Below are positions 23,701-34,800 of a stretch of 64,000 nt of DNA, piece by piece. The translations under genes and the position numbers were made by a program. The first letter of the stretch is position 1. Each line of letters starts with the position of its first letter. Under the pieces are notes generated by a model. That model saw only the letters and a program-made list of their open reading frames with translations, was not told the DNA's origin and did no database searches. Source of the DNA: Amoebophrya sp. A120 (Eukaryota; Protista; Dinoflagellata); contig CAJINV010000017.1 of NCBI GenBank assembly GCA_905178155.1, positions 175,639-239,638 of the forward strand, read 5' to 3'.

Positions 23701-26279
23701 ACAGTGTGTATCCCACGCCGTTCTCCGTGTCGCGGAACCACAAGCTTTTCGCGCAGAACCAGCAGAAGCTGGCCGCCGGGCAGTTTGCGCAAATGATTGA
23801 CACGGACGTGGCGCTGCTGTTCATCGAACAGCGAAACTGCAGCAGTGTCGGAGCAGTGCTCGGCGGGGGTACTAGTAGTGGTGCAACTACTGCTTCTACT
23901 GCTCCTACTTCCCACAACATTTCCCTCTCCTACCGCCTGACCGATGGGTCGCTGTTTCCGGTCACGGAAATCGTGGTTCCTGCCGGGTCCAACGTGGTGC
24001 ACGTGGACAGTTTTCTGCGCGGCTGGAGCATGTACAGCTGGAGCATCGTGAGCAACTGCGAGGAGAGTAGTGGTTCTTCTAGCAGTTCCACCGCGGCGAA
24101 ATCAGTCAACGGCACGGACTTCGAGGGGGGTGTCGGGCCGATGACTTTATTGGGCGCGAATGTGTACTCGAACCTGTACTACGCGACCACGACCACGACG
24201 ACCACGGTATACCCGATTTCCATCGCAGATCTGTACAACACAAATCCGAATGGCGCGCCAACTTCGTCTTCTACTACTGGTACCAAGGGTGGTGCTACAG
24301 CAGGAACCACTTCTCCCCTGGTTCCGGCGAGCGCCTACGTGGTGGAGTCTTCGGTCACCATCAGTTTCGGCTCCGCGGCAGCGGACAGTGCCTTTTGGAA
24401 CGCGTGCGGCACCACCTCCAAGCTGAACGACGCGAGTATTCCCCTCTGTGCGGCCTTTATCACGGCGCTCAAGGCCTCGGTCTGCAACACCGTGAACCAG
24501 ATGCTCCCGGAGGGGAAGAAAGTGGAGTGCATTTACATTTTTTACGTGAAAATCGCCCTGCAGGTCGTCGACGCGACCACTGGGCTTACGAGTGCGCTGC
24601 CGCGCAGGCTGAAAATCGAAGTGAGCATGAACATTGGGGAGGATTTATCGCCGTCGCTAGCTGCTGGTGCTGCGCATATCGAAAATAAAAATGTTGGCAG
24701 GTCTAGTGGTGCCACATCGACAGCAGGAGCAGTGCGGTTGCGCCGAAGATTAATAGATGCGGCGCCAGTACTAGCACAGCAGGACATGATCAACATCGTG
24801 GACAAGAATCCGAAGAAGATGTCCGCTCTTCAATATACCGGGATGGTGTCATCTTCAACGTCTTCCCTTGCACGGGCAGATGAGGAAATAGTAACAAGAA
24901 GTGCTGTCAAGAACCACCTGCTCAGGAGCAGCACTTCTGCGCCGGAAGATGGTGCTCTTCTTGAAGACACGACCACACGGTCGTTAGTACCCGAAGACCA
25001 CAACGAAAGTGTTACCATGATATCTCCAACGCGGAGGTCTTTGACGGCTGCGGTGAGCATCAACTCGGGCAACGTGCAGGTCCTTGTGGAGTACGAAATC
25101 CGGTTTCCGGATCCCGCGGAGGCCCTGACCCCCGAGAAAGCCAACGAAATTTATACACTTCTGCAGGCGGCCGCCGCCGCGGCGGCCGCCTCGGGGACCA
25201 CCGCCGGAGGGGGATCGATTGCCGGCGGGGGAACGACTTCTACGACGAGCACAGCTGCGGGTGGAAGCACCTCGTCCGGGACGAGCGGTGCAACGGCGTC
25301 CACATCTACCACTTCATCCGGAGGGGCTGGGGCAACTACTGCCAGTACGACCGGTGTCCCGAGTTTCGCCTCGTTGCTGGCTACCGCACTGACCAGCGCG
25401 ATCGCGGCCGCGCCCGAGCTGCAGACGGCCAAGCTGACCTCCCCCGGGTCGTCGATTTCCGTGGAAAAGGGCCCTGACGCCGTGAAAAACTTTACGGTTT
25501 GGATTCCCGAGGCGATCTTCGACTCCGTGCCAAACGCCACCCGGGTGGACGTGCCAACCGTGGCTTCGACGGCGGCCGCCGGAGACGGCAACTCCTCCCC
25601 AGTCGATGTGATCCTTGGCGTCGTGTTTGCGGTTCTGTTCCTCGTAGTCTTTGGCGTGTGGGCCTATCCGGAAAAAAACCGGGAAAAGGTGCGGAAGTTT
25701 GCGCAAACGGTACGAAACCGCATCAGTGGCCGCGTAAATGACGACTTGATGTCGGGAGCTGGCAAGGAGGACGAAGAAGCTGCTCCGGGAGACGGAATGC
25801 TCGAGATGGCAAATGCTGGCGATGGACAACCGGAGCTGCAAGTAGAGGGGCAGCAACATGGTGAAGGAGAGCAAGGCGCCGATCCGGATGCAATCAAGTT
25901 GGATGTGGGGCAAGAAGAAGAGGCAGACAGCGATGCCCTGCAGCTGAACAAGTACGACAGCGCGCTGGCGGCCATTCCGAAAGCAGGCAAACCGCTCCAA
26001 ATGCGCAAAAAGAAGGCAGGCGGAGGTGGACCCGTCTTGCCGCCGTCGGCGGATATAATTCTGGACAGCGTTGCGGTGGAAGAACAAGCTGGTACAGGGG
26101 TTGCGGAGAAAAGCGGCGAAGCACAAGCAGCGACAGAAGTAGAGGACAACAGAACCAAACCAGGTACCGCAGCGAGTGGAAGCAGTTTGCTCACACCACC
26201 TCCTCAGCAAGAGTCAGGGTCGGCACTAGAGCCCCCTTCGCCGCGATCGCTCAGAAAGCCGAAGGCAGGGGCGAAGTAG
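20759..26279 (+). CDS. Large type-I membrane/secreted protein, probable right-handed beta-helix; paralog of 56313-62363; interrupted as assembled
   Basis: N-terminal hydrophobic leader. Motifs PARWPD, NKLEFLNKEKEWFF, Asn/aromatic ladder repeats and YDFRP. Thr/Ser stalk, then a TM segment (VILGVVFAVLFLVVFGVWA). Collinear with the paralog. Contains one introner (22574), a frameshift near 21262 and in-frame stops at 21379 and 23610. Confidence 0.75.
22574..22852. mobile_element. TIR introner, family A
   Basis: Ends tatcaaatgcaaatat and atatttgcaattcata. Direct repeat CAACA at 22569-22573 and 22853-22857. Removing 284 nt gives LALNTFKYNG, matching paralog FWYNTFRHNG. Confidence 0.92.
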
Positions 26280-27939
26280 GCGGAGGAACGATCATCGTGA
26301 CAGGCTTGGTTGACAGAGGACAAGACTCGTCTACTCATCATCCTGGCTGCGGATACATCATCTTCATCACTCTTCTAGCTTCGCGATGTGGTACGATCTG
26401 CATCACTCAGTATCTACTTCAGGCGCGGGCTACGTACTTACTTCCAATTATGTCTCACCACATTGATTTAATCACGATGTCAGTACGAGTGCCAGTTCCT
26501 TTCAGTAAAAAGGCTTTTACACGCGCCAGTACTTGTCCTTGCCTTGATGCAAGTGAGTAGGCTAGTACGACGCTGCTAGATCTACTGGCCAAAAAGGTGA
26601 CTCAATAAGTTGCAATCTTATCGTGTTCTGTAGAGCTAGAGGCATCCCGAAGCTTTGCGGGCGTCGTGTTCTAGTGTTCACAAAATCGTCTCTCGTGTTG
26701 TAGTTTCGACCCGTCTAGACGAGGCAACCTCGCAAAGTCGGTTTGTTTGTTCCAGCAGTGGTCATCATTTGCCATATCTTTTCTGCGCCGACCGCGATTC
26801 GGTTTCTGTACTTATGTTAAATTCGTCACAGTGTCGCTGTCGGTCATCATCTTGCATATATTGCTGCAGCAACTACAACCAGTGGTCGCATGGTCGTCGC
26901 TGTGTCGCAGTTACATCAATTATTTGAAGCGTAGCTACGTACTGTATCTATAACTTTTTGTTTTTTTTATTTTGATGTGCAGAAGTCATCTGACACTGAC
27001 ACTGACACACAGTGTAAATCAAAATCTACCATTCGTGTTTATTAGCAGAACAAGTCGTTGGCTGGTATGCTTCAAGGAGGTACTTAATCCTAATCGGCAA
27101 GATAAGTCTTGTGCCCTCGTCCGACCAGAGGCTCCTCCGCGTCATATCGGTTTATTCTTCGTTGGTCGCCAGCACTTTGTTTCGGTTTTATGTTTGGCCA
27201 CGCCACAAGCACAACCTCTGTTCGTCCTTGTTTCGTGATATATCGTTGACCACAACGACCTATGGAGCCTGTAAGTACGTACACATCGTCCCTATCCTGC
27301 CTGTAGGCGTGATCGTGAACATGAGTAGCCTACTATGTAGTTCACATAATGGTAATGCCACCGTGACCGTCGTAACCGTAAGTAGTAACATGGATTGCAT
27401 CCAAAGAACGGCGAAAGCAAGACAAAGACTTGGAGCACTGCATGCTGAGGATGCTGCGCCAGGAGCACGACTCTGAAATGTACCTAAAATCATCGGAATT
27501 CAAAGAACAGGCTTAGCCTATTCCAATTCTTCCGGAGTCGGCTTCATCTTTTCCTACTGTTTCAATCCCCCGTGTAGTTTCTACAAAAATTTACGATGTT
27601 TAACGTACCCCGTTGATATCGTTTCAAAACGTAAACATAGTTTATCCATTTTCTACATTATCATTAAGGAGAGCGTGCTTGGGCTCTTACTTTCTCTGTA
27701 CTACTGGTGCACCCGCACTAAAACAACCCAAAGAAGCTTTTGATTTACCAAAATCAAACTCAGACTCAAACCTCATTCGACCTAAAAGATGCTTGCTGCG
27801 GGTGCGGTCAGGGTCCGAGAGGACAAACGGTGAGTACGACGCGGATCCCGACCCGTCGTCCCAGTCCAATTAACTTGAGGGAAACTAAATCTTTCCTGAA
27901 GAGTTCGGAAAATCTTCTCCGGGTTCAAGAACCCGGCTC

Positions 27940-30604
27940 TTGTATGGTTTTTCACGACCTCGTTTCACTTCTACAACGAAGATGATCAAACAGAAGCGAA
28001 ATAAAGCAAAAGAAAAAGACCGGAAGAAAGCCTCCGGTCGGGCTGCGAAAAATTCTGCTCAACAAGCAGGTAAAAATAAAACGAGCAAAGATGGAAGCGG
28101 AACCGCGCCAGATCATGTTCTTGATCCTAATGGACAACAATCCCACAGGAGAAAAGCGGTAGCATCGATCTTCAGCCGCAGCCCTTCCTCCAGTTCCTAT
28201 GCCTCGTCGTCCTGTAGCTGCTACACAAGCAGCGACACAGGTGGTGCAGATGAAACGGTTCTGGACGTGTACGACATGGAGCACCTCGAGGTTTACCGAT
28301 TACGAAAAGAGCGACCTCCTGCTGCAGCCGATCCTCCTCGTCGGCAGGGCAAGAAGCCAAAGAACAAACAGAACCAGTCCGGCTCTGCTACTGCTTGTTC
28401 ATCATCAACATCATCATCAACTTCCTCCGCGACAGCGACCTCTTGCGAAGAGGAGGACGAGAGCAGCTCTTCTTCTGACCCCGTCGCCAGTCCACCCAGT
28501 GTAGGCCTGCTTGTTGCGCCGGCCCCGGCATCATCCGATCTATTATTTCACGATCACGTTCTACTCGGAGAAGCAAATTATAGTCCAACGTCGGTCGTGG
28601 ACGCTGCAGAGCTGGAGCAGCAGAAAGTGATGATGAAAACTCGTGTGGGAGGAGGTGAAGCACTCGAAGGTGACGATTCACAACTCGTCGCTCGCACGGA
28701 CAGCAAAAGGAAGAAGAAAAAGAAGAAGAAGAACAGCACGCCGACCACCAGCACGACCGCAACGACCACTACAAACGCAACAACTACAACAACGGCGTCC
28801 TCCGACGAATCATCATCTTCTTCTTCTGATGAAAAAAGAAAGAAGAAGAAGAAGAAGAAGAACAAGAAGGCAGCGCAGCAGGTCGTTGCTCGTTCCAATG
28901 TCATGTACGACCTCAAGAGCGACAACCACTTGCAAAGCGTCGCACGGCAGGGCGGAACGGCTCGCGAGCTGAAAACTCTCCTCCAACAAGGACCACTTCT
29001 AGTGCTCACAGTTATACTGATTCTTGCTGCAGCTGTAGGTGCCTGGTTCTTCTTGCTGGGTCACCTTCCGGAGCCGGAACGAGGAAATGTGAGCGGCGCA
29101 CAGGTCGTGGAGCACGAAAGTCCCGTGGCTTCGGGGACGATGCAAACGAAAGAGCTCCAGCCACAGCAGGCATTTGTGCAAAAGCGGAGAAAAAAGACAA
29201 ACCTTCGGGGAGGCTTTGCTCCGCCAACGGTACAAGACAAAGTGCCTCCTGCGTCCTCGGACGGTGTGGTCGCGTCAACCCCCCCCTACCAGAAGGACTG
29301 CGACGAAGCCACCAGCACACCTTCTGGTGTCAACTGCACCCCGAAGGAAGAAAAGGACCAAGATGCGTTCGGATTTCACGGCGACCGTCCTGCCGCAAAA
29401 AAGCAACGCCAGCAGGGCCACAGGGCCAGGGGAGCAGGGACAGAAAGAAACGCCAAAACTAATCCCGCCTTGGACTTTCTCGAGACGCTGGATGACGTAC
29501 CCGCAGGAGCCTCGGGAGAAGGAGGAACAAGCGCTACTTCCTTTGCCTCGAAGGGGAAGGCAGGTGCGACACCTGCAGGTGGAGCTCTTTCCTTGCGTCT
29601 GCCGCACATGGCGCCGCCGCCTGCGAGCGGTGCATCGCTGCTACTTCTCGCCGGTGCCACGAACGGAACTCTACCGGGGGCGGCGGACGGTCTTATCGGG
29701 GGTCAAGAAGAAGAAGCCATGACGCGGGTCAGCAAGACGAACTACCCCGTAGCCGTGACATCGTGGCTGCAGGAAGTGCGGGAACATACGGGAACGCGAA
29801 CTGGCGGAGGAGTACCACAGGCTGTCGCTGCGACCACCTCTACCGTGACCGCGTCTCGTCAAACGACGCTACCGGCTTCGGCTCTTCAACAACAACAACA
29901 CGCGGTGGACAACGACGACAAATTTGTGCAAAGCAGTTACCTCGCGTGTCCGGAGTTTCTCAACGACTCAGAAGGCGGGGCGCTGCAAAGACCACCGACA
30001 ATGCAAGACCTGATGGAAGCGAAGATGAACAGTGATGATGAGTTTCGACCGAAAACGTGCCCGAAGTACCACATGCTTTTTCAGCACTTCCATATGGCCT
30101 TCTCAAATGTTACATTCTCAATTGTTGCATGAATTTGTAATGCAAGAACGGCAAAAGAAGTGAAAGGGGGAAGATTGCGCCTTTTGCGTTGCAGATTTGG
30201 CGCAGATTTAGATGCTGTCTAGCCCTTCGAACATTTGTCACGCGAAGCAGCTTAATCGTGGCGATCTTGCGCACCCCTCGGACCCCGCACCCCCCGGGCT
30301 TTAGCCGCGCAGTCTGTTAAGCCTGGAAAATCATGTAACAGCTGGGAGTGTAACGTTTGAGAGTCCCATACTCCAGGGGCTCCGTGTGTGCCCCGACTAC
30401 TATTTCTCAGAGGAAGCTATGAACGAACCGGTCTGCCAGCACACAGAAACAAGTTACACGGTTGCTTCTCGGGGGCCTTCAGGCTGGTGGCAAAGTTTCA
30501 GGTTGCCGAATGATATTTCAGAAGCGACCTATCAAAAATTTAAAGAGCAGGCCGGAGAAATGGAGCGCGCAAATCCTTTGTCGCAATTGCAACTCTACAA
30601 TTTC
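27940..30604 (+). CDS. Hypothetical Lys/Ser-rich single-TM protein, at least 2 exons; 3' end uncertain
   Basis: 730-aa ORF with poly-K, poly-S and poly-T tracts and TM LLVLTVILILAAAVGAWFFLL. Joins ORF 30386 in frame after removing 30093-30375 (QHFQGLRVCPDYY). Confidence 0.65.
30093..30370. mobile_element. TIR introner, family C
   Basis: ~40-bp imperfect TIR: tatggccttctcaaatgttacattctca and tgggagtgtaacgtttgagagtcccata. Direct repeat TTCCA/CTCCA. Frame restored. Interior is the reverse complement of 60455-60698. Confidence 0.9.
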
Positions 30605-30936
30605 TATCAACTGCAAATCTGTCTTGCTCTGCAAATCATATGCTGACGCTTCAAGAAATTAGTCAATTACATGCTGCTGCAGTGCCGGTTTCGTGTTTGC
30701 ATAACGCTCGCACCAGGAGATAGAGATTCAGACATGCACATGCTCTGGATCAAGGGCTCCTCGATTCCTCTCGCTACTCAAAGAAAGTCATGTATATGTC
30801 CTGCATGTTGTTGGGTTTCGGCACCGATTGCGATTTTCATTCTTTCTTGTGCAAATCAGCAAGGCAAGCAACATCATCTTCCCAAATTGAAATTCGCGTA
30901 CTACTTCTGCTAATCCAAATATATTTGCAGCTGATA
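30605..30936. mobile_element. TIR element, family A-like, no matching direct repeat
   Basis: Ends tatcaactgcaaat and atttgcagctgata. Flanks ATTTC/GGGTT do not match, and the downstream exon is uncertain. Confidence 0.55.
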
Positions 30937-31820
30937 GGGTTGAAGCGCGGAAAGACAACAAACGCAAACATATGCAAGCGTCAACAGGCGGGAACAGTTC
31001 AGAGCGGAGGATGAATGTGCACATGAAGTGTGTCAAGAAAGAGAGAAATTCTGAAATTTGATGTGGTATGGCTTTGCTCAACGTCAACTCCAAACAAAGG
31101 AGGTAAACGGATTTTGCTGCGATAATTCGCAATTGAAGTCTTACGGTGCGCGATGCTAGTGCTGCTGCTGTGTCAAATGCCTCACGCCAGGAGTGTGAAT
31201 GACCCTAAAAGCTCCTCTCGAAGCTGGTTGATGCCACTGAAAATTTTTGCTTCCCGCCGCCCCGCCCGTGTGGTTGACGAAAGCGGCATTTGTTGTTGCT
31301 GCTCATGATGTAGATTTAGGTTTTGCAGACTGCAACACTGTGGTGCTTCAACCGAACCTTGTGCTGCTGCTTCAGCCTAGTATTGTTGACGGTGCCGTGA
31401 GCTGATGGTGCACGAGACAACACACCTGTCCCCCCGTACCGGTGCCACCTGCGCACGAAAAAGGGGGAATATAGAAGTGGCCTCCAAGCGGCCCTGGTGT
31501 CTGACTGCTCGTAGATAGTGCAACTGTTTATTGCTGACGTATCCGGGTAACGGTAGGTAGTGGGAGGAAAAGTAGGATGGGCGAGAATTGCTTCATGATA
31601 CGTAAAGGCAAGTGAGATCCTCACCAGACTTGGGGACAGAGCTTTTCTCTACTGGCTACCAAAGGGAAAGCCGTGTTATGTGCCTCTTAGAAAAAGAACC
31701 TGCCTGGATGATTCTGTCTTCACGAACAGGAACACAAAGAAAAATGCTCCATTTTGAAAAGTTCCACCTCCGCGGCCTTCCATATGTCACCCCGTCAGAA
31801 GAAAGGAGTTCTGCCTGGCG

Positions 31821-34800
31821 ATGATCTTGGGCTTTGCTGACACTGCGTTTGGCTTGGCAGCCGAGATCCAGCGTGATCCTGAACAAAATCGTGATGTACT
31901 AGCGAGCAAGGTTGCAACCGTTAAAAACTTGCCTGATCGGAGCTGGGCCAACCTGTTGAGTTCAAGGTTCATGACTCAGGGCTGTCATGCGTATCTCCTC
32001 GACAAGAAAACGGCGTATAGCGAAGGTGACGAGGTGGCGTTTGCGAAGAAAAGAATTCCCGAGCTGCTCAAAATAGCAAGTGATACAACACGCTCACTGC
32101 AAGATGTTCGACAGCGAATTACTACAATCAAGATGTTCCAAAGAGAAAGCGACGGTGGAATGGAGATGGACACCATTCCCTTTCCCCATAATTACCGCAC
32201 AGAAAAATCTTGAGTTCTCATTTCACAGAATCATGAAGACGAATAACACTCTTGCATGAGCGATAGCCGATGCCGATCACTCGATGATACGTCTATCACG
32301 TGACTGTGACCGCTGCACTTAGATGAATTATTTCCTTGCGTACGGTCACACGCAACAAAACCGAATTGGAGCGTGTCGCTTTGACTCAAGATTTTGATTC
32401 AATAGCGGTATCGATGGCGGCGTCAACCTTTACCCCGCCACCGACGGCGTTATGCCGTGGCTTGCGTGGGCGATCTTCTGGAGCCCCAGGAACCAAGCAA
32501 ATCTGTTCAAGTTGTACCAGTGGGGGATCTCGCTTGGGCGAAAACACATTCCCGAGGGAGAGGACGACTCGGAAAAAAATTTCAGTGTGGGCAACTCAAA
32601 CTCCGGGGACCTTGTAGAGTGCCCGAACACGGTCACGATTCTGGGGCAGGACTGGTCCCAAGCCTTCGCCGAGCCGCAGATCGCCCAGAACGCGGAGGTG
32701 GCTGTCCAAATTTTCAACGCGCTGGCTGAGAATAACCTGAGACACAAGGAACTGGGGAAAAACGGCTGCAAGCGGCGGATGTCCAATACCAAAGTGCGCA
32801 ATTCCGTCTACTTTACTTCATGCGTTATGTTGCACAGGCGCCATGAGTTCCACAGCTAGAGCTCTTGCGGCCATTGAAGTTGCATTCTTCCTGACTGTAT
32901 CTATCATTATCTGTCACATGGGAATCTGCAGCACTGTTGATCCGGTGAAGCAGTAAGTAATATGTACTAGACGCAGCTGCTTGATGTCTGTGGATCATTT
33001 ATTTTTGTCACGCATAGACTACAAGAACAGTATGTGCGCTGCATCTGCGATGCTTCTCCGTCTGCTCTTCCCGTGCATCAACAAATGCGGCCGAGGGCGG
33101 CCTTGCGCACTTTCATAATACATGGAAAACCCGAGATGTGGGGGTTTGCGGTGCCCGTTGGAGGCCAAACCGCAGCGGACCGGGGACAAAATCCACCGTC
33201 CAGCGCCAACGGCAACAAGGTTGACCAAGAAGACTGGAAGTCGGAAGATTGGCGCGTGGAGAACACGGAGGGCGGCGTGTTTGTCATTGTTGGACTGCTG
33301 GAGCATGGTTTCTCCTACCAGGGAACCGTCCGTGTGCCCATGAAAGAAATCATTTTGCCCGAATCTAAGGACGGCACGATCGAGCTCCCGTCCAAGTCGG
33401 GTAGCAAGCAGGGGGTTCACGCGATTCGGCTGCCCCGGAAGGACAAGCCCGAGGCGAAAAAATTCTGGGACGCGTTCGACGAGCGGGTACGCACCACGGA
33501 TTTAGAGTACCACATCATGGAGAAGAATGGCTATCACGTGTACGTTTGGGCGGGACCGAGGGGAGAAAAGCATGTTGCGCGGCATTTGCGGCGCCTGGAG
33601 GCTTGGGAGCTGGAAGGACACGTCGATCTGGCCGGGAAATTTTTAGAATCCATTGACAACCATATCCTGAGTAAAAACGTACCCACACCAGAGTCAGGAT
33701 GGGGATTTTGCAACACAAACGTAGGAGCTTTGTGAGTCACGCATGACAAGTTGCACGATGCAGTGCAGTGCAGGTTAGCAAGTGCAGCCGCATCACAGAT
33801 TCGTCTGCTCCTCCTGTTCACAGCATTACAAATTCCAAAACACGATTGGAAATGGCTCTCATGGGGATGCGCATTACAACTCTTCCTGTCTTTGCAAATC
33901 TGCATTACAACTCTGGTGTGGGTACGTTTTTACTCAGGATAAACCACAAGAGCCTGGACCTCCTCTCTACCACCACGCAAGAAAACATCGTCGAAGTCCT
34001 ACTGTGGAACCTGATTCCCCTCTCTATACTCAAAACGAAAATATATGTGATTTTGATTTGATGAATGTCGTGGCCTCAAATCGCACTGCAGGAAGCAGGC
34101 ACAAATGCCACAGGTGGTGTCCGCCGCATTGCCATTGCGCACTCGGTTTCTGGTGTTGTGGAACTTTCATGACAGCCGTCTGGCATAGGCATGCGAACAC
34201 AGCTACACACAAACGTCCCGACTCATCTGCTTTAAAAATCACTTCCTTGTTCAGCCCCCTATTGCGTGAGAGATATGATTTGCGTACGTGTACGCACTTT
34301 CTACCCTCGTCCCCTGCAACGAAAAATTGTCCCCTCGCCAATAACAGGCGTTACCGTCCGCGATTCTTGTCCCATGCGTCCGTACTAACCAACACCGTGC
34401 GAACCGGGATATCGCGAGGGAGACCTTGGAGGCCTGGGCCACGTCTGCAGTTGTGGACGCGGCCTAAGGTCGACAGGGGTAGCTGCTTGCTGGGCAGGGT
34501 TATGCAGACTCCGGGGGTATAGCGGGCGTTCCCTAAAAATCCAAAACCTGCAGAAGTTGGGCAGCCAGTCCGGGCACTTGCTCGACGCTGGCCGTTTTTG
34601 TATGATAAGCGCGACAATTTATGCATGTGTGTTAGGCGCCTGCTTGCCTTCACCGACTAGTAGAGCAGCCCTCTCTGGTAGAGGGATCAACTGACTATGT
34701 CGGAGGCAGCAGGAGGACGTCGCTACGTCATTCACTCACATTCGTACGCAATAAATCCGGCATCACATTTAGTTTCGCTTTTGATGTAGGGCGGGATGAT

